Program-made: the position numbers and the translations under genes
The notes under the pieces: model-generated
Told to the model about the DNA's origin: nothing
Database searches by the model: none
The model's input: only the letters and a program-made list of their open reading frames with translations
From: Massalongia carnosa
Taxonomy: Eukaryota
Reading direction: 5' to 3'
Assembly (NCBI GenBank): GCA_965645245.1
Contig: OZ287072.1
Coordinates: 2,604,001 to 2,668,000, forward strand
DNA: 64,000 nt
Shown here: in pieces, positions 1-11,914 of the stretch
Numbering within the stretch: the first letter of the stretch is position 1
Layout of the letters: each line of letters begins with the position of its first letter

Positions 1-1772
1 TGGCGACTCTGTTCTCGACCTGTCTATGCATGCGTGTGCTAACTCAGATAAGGTTTGTCGAAGAGCGCGGATGTTCGGACATAATCTTGACATCATGACT
101 TCCACATCAAAAACAAAAAAACCTTGGTGGCCATGACACCCGTGACTGCTGGATCTTGCATAGGTAATCTCAATTTTCACTTCACGTTGCAGGCGATTAT
201 AAAGAACGAGCATTACACCAAATTAATTTTATATAACATGCATCAAGCGGGAGCGGGAGCTACGAACATCATAACTGCAAGCGATCCACGCTTCGAGCAT
301 CATTCGTACGAACGCCGCCTTTGCAACGTGAGCGATTTTCGTTCCTGGCAATCCTTGTATACTCTTGCATTATGCATTCGCCGCGCATATCCATTTTTGG
401 AGGAGTAATCGATTTGTCATCTCGATCTTGACGTCAAGAGATTCGCTGATAATATCATGAATCATCACGCTCTGCCCGAGCAAAGTCAGTTGCGGACATT
501 TGATGTTTCTACGAAGACCCTGATCGGGGAACCTCGTTGATGGCTTGTACGCTCAACATGTTGCAGTCAGGAAGCCACGGTTCTTGCGATCTATCGATGC
601 AACAAACTGCGTACGCCGGGCATTGCTTTTTCCGGACTCGTGAATTTGTCAATATGGACGCGTTTTGTACCAAACTGCAATTGGCCTTCGGTGATCCTGA
701 TAAAAAGCAACTGCACAAAGGGAACTGCGACAGCTTAGACAAAAGATTAAAGAGTTCTATCTATACTTATCCGACTATCAGCGCCTCGTTCCGGACACAG
801 GCTTCGATGATGAAGCCAAACGTTCTATCCTTCTGAACGGTCTCAGCGATGAGTTAAAATCCGCCCTAATCACTGTGGACCTACCCGCCTCTCTGGACGA
901 CACCATACAAGTTCTTCAGAAGATTGATAATCGGTTCCGCTCCGTTCAAGCATCGCTCCGCAAACCATTTTCATATGGCTCATCTCGTTCTTCCTCCGCT
1001 CCGTCCACTCCGACTACCAAGACCTCTTCCAGTCCAACCACTCCCGTTCCTAGACCCGCTCCCACCCCATCCGCGGACTCGGATGTCATGGACCTGTCGA
1101 CCTCCAGACGCCGTGGCCCCATCACACCGGCAGAAAGATCGCGCCGCACGAACGAGGGACTATGCATGTACTGTGGAGGATCCGGACATTTCGCTAATGC
1201 CTGCCCGGTCTCCAAAGGAAAATCTAGAATGAAGACATATGAACTGAGCTCGATAACTCCGGAGGAGGAAAAAGCTCAGTCTTCGGCCTAAGTGGCAGCC
1301 GAAGACATGTATCGGAAGGATCTATTTCGATTTCGGCATTTTCTCTGTCCAAAGAACCTCTATCCGAAGAAAAGTGGATGGAAGGCATTTGGTTGTGTCT
1401 CTCGTTGTTTCCATAGGAAAAATCAGACTCAAGACTTATGCATTGATTGATTGTGGAGCATCTGGATTTGCCTTTGTAGATTCTTCGTTCGCGCACTACC
1501 ACCGCATACTCCTCGCCCCCATGAAGAAACCCCGTATCCTTGAACTCGCAGACGGTCGTCCCGTGTCGTCTGGAAAACTTACCCACCTTGTCCATTTGAA
1601 CGTTGACATCGCCTCCCATTCTGAACCCGCCAACCTTCTCGTCACCAGTCTCGGTCACTATCCCATAGTTCTCGGCATTAAATGGCTGCAAAGTCACGAT
1701 GTCAGCATACGATGGGCCATGAACTCCCTCAATTTCATCTCGCCTCATTGCCGTCAGCACTGTCTTAACGTC

Positions 1773-3087
1773 CACGCCCTTGAAAAAAAAACTGGCAACG
1801 TGTAAGCGAGCTTGCCCCACTAAATTTTACCCCTTTTTATCAACATTTCACCTTTACATTGCGATAACCAGTCAATTGAAAGCTATTTACATCAAATTAA
1901 TGACCAGTCATGGCCCCCTCAGCTGAGATGACGTCCTTTAGCCGTTGAGGCATTGATCGTACTCTCTCATTAATAAACTCCTGACTGACTGTCGCCCAGC
2001 CCTCACAAATCAATGCTTTTAAGCTCGCTTCGTCCCAATGAGGATACTTTTTAATATGCTGCTTTGTGGGCTGCCAGCAGGTTTCAATAGGAGCCAAATC
2101 AGGTGAAGAAGAGCAGTTGAAATAATGCTCTAAACGATGATCCTCCTTCCATTTCTTGACTGCGTTTCTCGTCCTGCCTGTGCCATGCCCGGAATAACCA
2201 TCTTCTTCGAGCACAAAATCATCCCCTCGCTCTAGCCACGGCTTGACAACGGGCTCAAGTATTGAGTTAATGTATACTTGATGCGTCATCTTGCCATTGC
2301 TGTTGCCCGGCACTTCGTAGAATATAATATCCGACTTGAAGTTGTAGCCTACAGCCGCCCAACAATGCAGTCTCTTTCGATCTTTCTCCGCTGGCGCATC
2401 ACGATGTTGTATACAATCCCATCTATAGCGTGTGCCTGGCTGACGTATGATGCGTAATTTGCCCTCGGGCCCGTAGGAGAAATGAACTTCGTCACTAAAT
2501 CGTACTCGATACTAATCTTCTGGTTTAGGATATTTGGCCAGCATTATATGAGCGTATTCCACCCGTTTTTGCATAGGAGAGTCGGCCAGCCATCCTTTGA
2601 CGCAGGCTAGACATTTCTCGTAATTCAATGCAGGACGTAGCACGTTATGCATTGTACGACCCACAACATCTGCTCCAACTTCCATCGCAACTTGTTCCCA
2701 TGTCAAGCGTTTTCCTTCGAGTTGTAGCTCATCTTCCTGAAGCAGCCGATCAGCCTCTCGTACTTGCTCGCCTGTGATTTTTGATCGTCTTCCTCGCGTT
2801 TCTATAAGCTCTGTATGATGACGAGTACGTGTCGAAGCTCCTTTGCGAATAATTCTGTAGCCAGCTCGTTCCGAAACGCCATACTTCTTGAAAAGATTTC
2901 GTGGATCATGTACGATGCCTTCATCAAGAAGATATTCATGAATTCCTTGAAGTTTAGCTCGAATGGGAGTATCGTAGTGAGTTGCACGTTGCTTACGAGG
3001 CATGTTGGTGTGGATGGTTGATGAAAAGGGGGAATTTTAATGGGGTAAAGTCGCCTACACGTTGCCAGTTTTTTTTTCAGGGGCGTG
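1773..3087 (-). mobile_element. Tc1/IS630-type DNA transposon (1315 bp) inserted in the Gypsy pol
   Basis: Imperfect TIRs CACGCCCTTGAAAAAAAAACTGGCAACGTGTAAGCG / revcomp CACGCCCCTGAAAAAAAAACTGGCAACGTGTAGGCG; ACGTC on both sides (1768-1772, 3088-3092). Confidence 0.9.
1897..3003 (-). pseudogene. DDE transposase (DD38E spacing) with one in-frame stop at 2512-2514
   Basis: ORFs 2512-3003 and 1897-2313 are in one frame. Motifs RVRFSDE (read between the two ORFs), EEDGYSGH and SPDLAPIE; the stop looks like TGG>TAG. Confidence 0.88.
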
Positions 3088-3172
3088 ACGTCCCAGAACT
3101 TCGCGCAGAAAAACCCCTCGTCGTTGAAAGCAGCGCTAGTCCGGATACGACTTCGCCAATCATCGTTGAAAA

Positions 3173-3473
3173 TGTTAAATGGTGAGGCTACCATCGGTTA
3201 GATGGTTAGGCTACCATCAATATAGGCATCCATCGTGAGTCCCACGGGTGCCTGCCAGGCATCTATAAGAGGTGCCTAACAGGCAGCTATGGAGGTGCCT
3301 AACAGGCAGCTATGGGAGGCCTACAGCATTACTGTTATGTGACTGCTATAAAAGCAGGTAGATAGCCCACATAGATAATTACCTTCAATGACAATCATGC
3401 TACTATACCTCCAAAGTGAATTTTACTATTCATAGAAAACACTAGAGTAGCCCCGAAGCGGTTAGATTTAACA
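3173..3473. mobile_element. 301-bp solo-LTR-like insertion (TG...CA) without visible TSD
   Basis: 8-bp terminal inverted repeat TGTTAAAT...ATTTAACA, internal repeated AGGTGCCTAACAGGCAGCTAT and a TATAAAA box. Removing it rejoins the pol frame (..IVEK|ARPGK..LSICMIG). Confidence 0.7.
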
Positions 3474-4879
3474 GGCCCGGCCTGGTAAATCGCGCGTAAA
3501 TTCGAAAGCAGTCGCGTCCGCCGCTTCTTCGCCTATTTTACCTTCAACCTTACCCGTTCCGTCCCTGCTCGTTCCGTCCCCGCTCGTTCCGTCCCCGCTC
3601 GTTTCGTCGCCGACCAATAAGAGTCTACCATTGAGCATATGTATGATAGGGGCAGCTCCCTTTACGCGTCTAGCGAAGAAGAAGGATTGTGAACTCTTCA
3701 CCGTGAACATGCGAGAAATTGAGCATGGCTTGAATCCTAAGCCGGAAATTAATCCCGCTACAGTGTTACCATCGGAATATCACGAATTTCTTAATGTATT
3801 TTCCAAGAAAGAAGCCGATAAACTTCCCGAGCGACGTAGCTATGATCATAAAATCCCGTTGATGGAGGGAAAGGAACCGACGTATAGCCCGTTATATGGC
3901 ATGAGTCGAGATGAGCTGTTAGTTCTACAGAAGTATCTCACGGAAAACCTGAAGAAATGTTTTCTTCGATCCAGTTCTTCCCTGCTGCGTCCCCGGTGTT
4001 GTTCGTTAGAAAACCAGGCGGAGGCCCACGTATTTGTGTTGATTATAGAGCATTAAATGCGATAACGATCAGGAACAGATACCCCTACCGTTGATCAGAG
4101 AAACCTTGGACCGCTTGAGTAAGGCAGTTGTCTTTACTAAGCTAGATATTATCGCGGCTTTCAACCGTCTCCGTGTAGCACATGGAGTGGAAAACTGCAT
4201 TTCGAACACGCTATGGATTATTTGAGTATATCGTCATGCCATTTGGGCTCTAGGGCTCCATCTTCGTTTCAGGAGTACATCAATGATGTGCTTCGTGAAT
4301 ATTTAGACATCTTCTGCACCGCGTACATCGATGATATATTGATTTATAGCAATTCTATGAAGGAACACAGGAATCATGTGAAAAAAGTTCTAAAAAGACC
4401 ATAAAGAAAGCCGGACTACAACTTGACATCATGAGGATATCACATAATAACCACTGCGTGCACCACCACCGCGCACCTGTCTCCGCACAATGGACTCTCC
4501 AACCGATTCTTCCATAGATGATATGGCTGCACGCGCTACGGTCAAAACTACTGGCGATATCAGGTACGTGATGGCTCGTGATGGCTCCCCAACCAAGACG
4601 CAACTGGCCGCGCTAACGCCTCGCCTTCGGTGGACAGTATCATAACTATCCCAGACGTCGAGGCTGTCTCCGACTCCGAGAAAATCGCAATTCTCAAGAA
4701 AGCAGAGTACGGGCTTGGACAGATTCAGGCAATTCCAAGGAGTCAGGCTAACGCTGCAATATATTCAGACAGCGGCTGATATCAGGTCCTCTCGACGCTT
4801 ATGCTCTACGGTCGAGACTACAGTTCGTTCAGTACCTCATATATCTCCTCCTAATACTGATGCTGTGATAACCTAGGTC

Positions 4880-6017
4880 CATAACACCGCCTTCGGACGA
4901 GGAGGAAGATAATGAAGAGTCTCGCTTGCTCGAAGCCCAGGCGCGTAAAGACCTAGAAAGCGATGACTGTTCTGCCAGCTACTCACCCCACCTCGACATC
5001 CCCGTGCGAAACTCGCCCGAGGAACATCGAACAATAATAGGGTACTGGCAATCATTCTCGTCGACAGGTGATGTGGTACTTTGCGCCGAGAGATCAGACT
5101 GGCGGAATTTCCGCGCGTCCCAGGTGCGAGTCCGGGGCCGCTATCGAAACGAACTATTCAGTACATATGTGGACGAGGTTCGCGAGCGTCGGCGAAGGCA
5201 TGGACTGGGTGGCGACGTTCATCTACTGTTGTACTCGCAGCAGCAGAGTCAGCAAGAGAACTGGGTAGAGTTTCAGAACTATCATCTCAAACGTCATGAG
5301 CGGTTGGAGAAGAAGCGAGATGAGCTGAAGAAAGAATTAGATGACGCTCAGAAGAAAGCTGGTGATACGGACATGATAGGTTCTGAACACACAGCACAGA
5401 ACGAAAAAGTCATTCAGCGACGCCTGGAGTATGTTGAACGAACCCTGCGATGGCACGAGATTATCTTGAGGTGGATTTAACAGCAGCGACTTGCGATGGA
5501 TCTACGGCCTCCGACACCCGTCGAAGAAGACAGTGATGATCAGAATGCCGTACTAAAAGCCGTACGGAGAGTCTCCACTCGTCACCGCCAGTCGAGGCGA
5601 CAAGACATTTCTGCGGTCCTCGGTAAGGTCAGGGTCTTAAAACCTACGCCGAAGAGTCGGAAAATGCGGATTCAGACGTTCAAGGCTTCAAAATCCAAGC
5701 CTATCATCGTGGACTCGAACATCACGACGTCGAGCAGCATTCAACAAGTGCCAAAGCGTCGAGAGACAAAGCCTCGACGTGCCCCAGAGACGTCACTTGG
5801 CCAACTTCGTCCACAGAGAGTGTCCAAGGCAAAACGATTCGCTGATGCCGACACGAAATCACGGCCAGAGACACAACGCCGCAGCGTCAGGCAGACTCCA
5901 GGCCAACTACGGCCTCAGCGCCGGCCGGCCACACAGCGACTGCATCCTGCACCTGGGCCTGTTGAGACCCGAAGTGGACAGATATCAAAGCCGCCAGTAA
6001 GGTGGACCCCCGAATAA
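4880..6017 (+). pseudogene. Hypothetical fungal protein, coiled-coil then basic/low-complexity tail, broken by an in-frame TAA at 5478-5480
   Basis: ORFs 4926-5480 and 5496-6017 share a frame and are separated by a single stop (WI*QQRLAMD). Function unknown; 5' end unresolved. Confidence 0.5.
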
Positions 6018-7431
6018 AAGACAGCATCTACCTCTAACGTCTACGACACTTACGAATGATGACTGGGTGAATGAATGACTCACGCAAAAGAGGCAAGGAG
6101 ACCGGGCCGGGCTACATCCATGGAATGATATCACTGGTGGAACGAAAAGTGGCGGTGGCAAAGACGATCAACCCGTCAATGTCTGCATATTATTGCATAT
6201 TTCGGGCTTGGCGTTTGGTACATCTCAAAAATGCATGAATAAAGCAATTCTTATCTATTGTTTGACTGTGTATCTCTATGCCTATCCATATACGAGCTGA
6301 CAGTGACGATAGCTACCATCAACAAACACTTAGTTACCGGACTCCCTGCTTCAGTCACTTCCGCTAGCATGCCGGCTGTTTGACCCGGGTAGGTGTTACA
6401 ATTAATGCGTGCGCCTCATGAACATGGAGCATAGATTTACCATCGCGTTGTGATTGACACACCGAGGTATATGGATAAGGACTTGCGGGGGGCGGGGAGG
6501 AGAGGTGGTGTGATGTGAGGGAAATTGGACACTTTGTGAAACGATGGCTACTTGAGTATCTGCGTAAGGGAGTACTCCCTATGAACCTCCAAAAACTGAG
6601 GGAAGCTGAAGGAGTACTCGCCGAGGGAGCACTCGCCCAGGGAGGTACTCCCCACAGGTTATCCAAAATTCGAGGAGTACTCCCTGTAGGTAGACCTACA
6701 AATAAGTGAGGGAAGTATCAGCCAGAGGCATCCTGCCTTGAGGAGCGAGATAGAGAAGACTCGCCTCGTGCGGATAAACAATGACTGCCGCTACTAGCTT
6801 CGAGGCGCCGGCAGTGCCAAATTTTCAACCCAGTATGTAGAAGGGTCTATAATTAAGATCCGTCTCTGGTACGCGATGTAGTTTGAACTAGTCACGGCAA
6901 GGAGGAAGCTTAGGGTAGGTGAGAGGTAGGTGGGAAAAGGGATGAGGGCCCGTTTAGACCCAATGATTCAGGTCTCATTTCATGAATTTACTTACTGAAT
7001 TGTTGCTGCCATTGGCTCGATACTTTTCTGTAATTCTGACAGCATCAGTAGAAGGCATGATTGAAAATAAGAGAGGTATCTAGGTAAAAATTGATAGATA
7101 TGTAAGCTTCTAAGATATAAGAGTAGGCTGGAATGAATGAAGATGAGAATATGTGGTCTAACAATCCCTCTCTGCGAATATAAGGACTTTGATGTGGATA
7201 TGATTTCTATGACAGTTCGTCCTTGTTAAATGAACAGTTGACGGCATAATGTTGAAATTACTACGGAGGTGACTGCAGGGCTGAGCTAGAACTAATGGGG
7301 CTAAGCGAGTATTCCAACACTTCAAAAGTCGCTTCGTTGAAGGTTGCACGATGATTCCACCGCGAGATCATAGCCTACAGAGAAAGCAGAGTAGACAATA
7401 TCCTCCAACGGCTATCTCACTCTTCGACAAC

Positions 7432-7494
7432 TCAATCTCAGAGCAAGCAGAATTCATCCGTCAATCTCAGAGCAAGCAGAATTCATCCGTCAAT
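7432..7494. repeat. 29-bp tandem duplication
   Basis: TCAATCTCAGAGCAAGCAGAATTCATCCG occurs twice in tandem. Confidence 0.85.
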
Positions 7495-8879
7495 CAGATA
7501 GATCAATTTCTGACATCGAAGGACATCCTTCGATGCTGTTAGTAGGTTTAGGGTATACAAAGTCTTCCGGATTGATGATCTTGTTTCAAACTGAGGACTT
7601 TATAGATTCTCAAGCGGATATGTGCGTCACTGCTGCTCTATCACTTGAGGCCAGTTTCACCCGAAATTCTGCTCCAATCTGCCTAAGACCGTATGGTTCC
7701 CCGGTTTTCATGTACGTCCTCAACGGAGACATCTGTGGCGTACATGATACTTTGATTCGCTGTGAAGGCAGCTTATGGGATTATGATCCCTATGGGCTCG
7801 GTCTTCTTTACGTCAGCCAATGATTTTAGTCATGAAACATCTACTGACTAGTATAAAGTATGCAGCTCACTATTGCTGGAGTGGTTCTGGACAAGAATGT
7901 ACGCTGACTATGTATTCTGCTCTGTTGAGATTAGGGGCGCAGGATGATGACTTTGTCTGGAGAACGAGATCGGAAGCATATAGAAAGAGGCTTTCTTCGC
8001 CGTATATGCAAAGTCTATTTAAACCTCTCTCTCCTTCAGAAGCACTTCCATCTCTCGCCAGGTTGTTAGATTCTTTAATCTCGTTTCTGCTCCCTTTCAT
8101 CTTAACATGCGTGATTATACCGAGGTCATATATCAATGTAAACACCCTCGTTATTTAATTACAGCCTGGTGTGTTATTTATTAGCAAACATAGAAGAGAT
8201 GTCCTCTAAGAGTGATTGAGAAGTGAGTTAATGTGTGCCTATATTTTCGAGATCAAAACATTACTGACCTTTTTGTGGGCATAGAAAACAAGCCTGAAAT
8301 GAAATGCAGTGGTCCATCTCTCATCTACATCACTGTGAGGAATACTTATAAGATTTAATAATCAAAGACTGTCTGCCATCTAAAAGCCACATATTAAAAT
8401 TCTCTTCTCAAACGCATATCGAGTCTAAGTTAGCTAGTTCGCACGTCTAGAACGCACTTGCGCGAAAGTAGACCTCAAGGCGCTCAGTCCTCCACTTTCA
8501 AATCATAAATTGCAACTTCTCTCTTCATATTATTTGTTTCAGCTTCTATATTGCTGGATTTTTCCCGCCGCCCCACCCGTCCCCGGTCGCTCTTGCGCAC
8601 CACCTCACCACGTCGAGCGTTTCATGCCTCAAGCATCATCACTCAGCTGGTTCTCATGGTCCTTGTCCGACACCAGGTATTTATTTCATCGTGCCCCCCG
8701 ACCTCCAGAATCGGCTGTTCTGCTCAGCTTCCCCTCTGTTCCCGTCGTCTCTGACGACCCTTCTCTTCGTGTCCCTCTACCCTTCATCTTCGCCTTTCCA
8801 ACCCTCTTATTCTCCCACTTTCATTTTCGCCGTCCCTCCTTCACGTCGATCACCTATCGTCCACGCTCATCGACTCTAA

Positions 8880-10962
8880 TTTTCCCTGAACGAGTTTACA
8901 AGGACAGCAGCGAGGATCTGCAGAGCTGGATTAAGAACCTTTGGTATCGGTAAGGAGATGCTACTACTACTATCAATAAGTGGACTGGCGAAATCTGATC
9001 GAGGCTGACAGAAATTGCGAATTCACTGGGAAGAACCCCGTCATGACTCTCAAGGAGATCTCTATCAACATCCTCTACGTCTTCTTCGACTGGCTACTCT
9101 CCATTCGAAAAGATCGGCTGAGTGTGGCTAGTACCCTGCAAACATACTGGAATGTTTTTTACCTAGTGCGAAAGAAAGAGACTGGCTGTCTAGAGATCGA
9201 CTCGCTTATCAAAAGCCAGATGCACGGGGTACGAGAGCCCCATTCTACGCCTCTATTGATTAACCAGTACTAGGTGAGACAACGGCTCGCTCTAAAGCAC
9301 GGGTTAAGGACTGAGAAGAAGAAGAAGAAGCTCATCATGCGGGCCGAGGACGAGTTCGTCGAGATCGTCTTTGATCACGAGCGGCACCGTGTACAACTAG
9401 CCTTGATCATGCAGCTAGCCGGAATCACAGATAACCGTCCTGCTGCCCTCTTGGGTGTGTGCTACAAAGATGTTAAGATCACCTTGCTTCCGGATCTCAA
9501 AGGAGGGGAGCTTCCTCGACGGTTGATTGAAATCGCATTCAAGAATACGAAGGGCTATCTAGACGATAAAGAAACGTCCGTGTTGTCCTTTTGTGCTTTC
9601 TTCGTCGGGATGGACAGTTTCGCTGAACGACTGACAAGTATCATAGAAACGAGTTCAGGATTCCTGACGAGCCTGACGAACTATGCCTGCTGCTTTTTCC
9701 TCATCTGAACCTACTCACTTTGATCTTTATCGATCAGGCTTTCGCCGCTCCCGAATTGACTTCTGCCGAACAGTTATTCCGTCTCCGGATCCCCCCGGGA
9801 CAGAAACAGCTGCCGTTTCCCCTTAAGGAAACGATGCTACACGCTCTCCTCTTCCGCCGCTCCGAATTCACCGTGAACGGGGTTCGAATTTCGGATGACA
9901 AAGCTCTGCCTGACAGTACTCTTCGCTCACGGATGATAACCCTTGGAAGCGTCAATGGCATGAAGCTTCGAGCTTTTCGCTGACCCTTGCACAGGCTTCA
10001 TCAGCGAATCGCAACGGAATCAGATTTTGCAATATCATAACTCCACCGTGTTCTTAAAAAGCTATCTCTCGAGGTATATCACAACTGATACTGGGGCCGC
10101 CTCTTGTGATATGAAGCCGCAAACTGCGTTGATGCGACTCGCCAGTGGAAAGAGTCGTACGATTGATCGACGACGGCCTCGGAATCTCAATGACGCCCAA
10201 AAAGCCTAGGTCGATCGTCACCCAGAGGTGAGACTCCTTCGCCGGAGGCAAAAGAAAATGTTCTAGTTCATCAAAGACAATCATGGACCCATCGCGAGCA
10301 TGAAGGGGACATCAATGTAGAATAAGTACCAAAAGGCGTATCCAGCTCATCGCAACATAAAACGGCGGCAGAGGAGGCTCTTTTAGAAGAGGTCAAACCG
10401 AGGTAAAAGAGGGAGCAGCCGGTGATCGACATTCAACGAAAGCTGAAAGGACTGCCGTCGGTAGAACTAGAGACGGCGAAGGCAGAGGATTACGTCTTCA
10501 AGGGGCGTATTCGGGTCATCGACACCCTCCTCACCTTCGCGACGTCATCCCCAGAGGAAGAGTGCAAACGGCGTGTGGAAGCGATCAATGCTTTGACAGC
10601 CCTTTGTCGCTTGCAGGAAGGCAAGCGTCCACGTCGTTCAAAACTTTCCGCGTCGGTCATCAAGGAACGGCATCTGACACCACCATCTGTCCTCGATCCG
10701 GCCTCTCTTTCAGACTCCATCCCGATTGAACGCAAACCCACTCAATATCTTTTGCCTCGGCTGTGTAGCGCTACCCACTGAGACACGTCTGAAGTCTTTC
10801 CACGGCCGCTACGATCTGAAAAAGCACTTCCATTGTAAACACCTTCGTCATCACCAAGACGGTCATCCGATCGCATGCCCTCATCCAAGGTGTCAAGATG
10901 TTTTGACAAGCACAATGCACTTGCAGAACCATGCGGAGTTGGTTCACAAGACGCCCACTTGA
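8880..10962 (+). pseudogene. Degenerate DUF3435-type tyrosine recombinase (Starship captain-like) with C-terminal Cys/His fingers
   Basis: Fragments RHRVQLALIMQLAGITDNRPAALL (catalytic R box), LLFRRSEF..ISDDKALPDSTL, ..AFR, QYHNSTVFLKSYLSRYITTDT (H/Y region) and CLGC..DLKKHF..H..CPHPRC..HLQNHAELVH. Plausible introns near 8950-9011, 9229-9273 and 9576-9646; several stops and frameshifts. Confidence 0.8.
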
Positions 10963-11271
10963 CTGTCATTCGGCTTTTGCGTGCAGATTGGTTATATAAA
11001 TTCCTTTTGGGGTCACCACCTTACGAGCGGCCATAATAGGTTGCCTCCCCATAGAAAAGCTTCGGTTCGGCATCGAGCTTGCCTAATTCCATACCCTTCT
11101 GCTGTATTCGATGCGTCGAATGGTAAGTCTCATGACCATCTCGGGTTCTTATGGGTTCTTCGCTCCTTGTAGCCTATGACTGCTGCGTCACCATCAGCAT
11201 CAACTCTCGTATCGCTCTAGCTCCCAATTTCGGCTCCTCTACTCCCTCGCAAACATCCCATCTTCAAAATC

Positions 11272-11430
11272 ATGGCTACCGTACCATTTGCAACAGCAAC
11301 CAAATGGGATAGCCTAGGAGTATACGTAAAATGTCCCTTCTATCTAAAGACTCATCATCACGGACCAGATCATCAGCCATGGACAGGTCAGACTTGGGTT
11401 GCTCACTTCGGGGGCAATCGTGGGTATGCT
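11272..11430 (+). pseudogene. Short gene fragment with a decayed CPF(C)xxxHxHG-like metal-binding motif
   Basis: Reads MATVPFATATKWDSLGVYVKCPFYLKTHHHG..VAHFGG; resembles N-termini of some fungal ankyrin-repeat proteins (from memory, unverified). Confidence 0.3.
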
Positions 11431-11666
11431 GACCTTACCTAACAATCACTGTATTCTTACGAAGGATAGCTGCCTCCATCTAACATTCATCTAACATGGC
11501 TGCCTAAATCATACATGTACCGCGTTATAGATGGAGAGCATCTCGGCGCAACACACATGAAGTCAGAGATAATTGTTTTACCCTTGGGGCCACTATCTAG
11601 ACCATTATGTAAAATAGTAGCAATATTAAAAAACGATATTAAACTACTGGAAAACATGATATCTTC

Positions 11667-11769
11667 AGCCAGAAAAAATGCCCAAGGCTTTAAAATGACA
11701 GCGGCTTTTTAGTCCCTATCCCTTTTCAATCATTACTCCCTTTTAATCCCTACTCTCTTTCAATTCCTA
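11667..11769 (+). repeat. About 105-bp direct repeat, copy 1 (partner at 20323-20426)
   Basis: GCCCAAGGCTTT(A/G)AAATGACAG..GCTTTTTAGTCC..TTTTCAATCA.TACTCCCTTT..TCCCTACTCTC aligns colinearly with scattered substitutions. Confidence 0.85.
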
Positions 11770-11914
11770 TATAATCCGATTTGGCACAGCGAGACAAGAT
11801 GCCAAGAAATGTGAAACTTCCCCCGTACGTCTTGCGCCCTTGCGCCCCTTACCTTCAAGTTCCCTCTCAACGGAACGATAGAATTCCAATTCCACCATTG
11901 CCAGCAAGATCCAA

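Larger units (their letters stand above)
480..4430 (+). mobile_element. Degenerate Ty3/Gypsy retrotransposon internal region (gag, protease, partial RT) interrupted by two insertions; LTRs not seen
   Basis: Gag zinc knuckle CMYCGGSGHFANAC (ORF 875-1291), protease ALIDCGAS (1374-), RT fragments KLPERRSYDHKIPL and [12 protein letters not shown] (3631-4404) with frameshifts; sequence stops resembling RT near 4430. Clearly related to the intact Gypsy at 37418-43303. Confidence 0.9.

Noticed and set aside
6800..8500. Short ORFs 7158-8158
   Set aside because: AT-rich, no recognisable motifs, no consistent frame; likely decayed intergenic DNA.
8300..8600. Starship left boundary and target-site repeat
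   Set aside because: No terminal repeat could be paired with a distal end by eye; needs an empty-site comparison.
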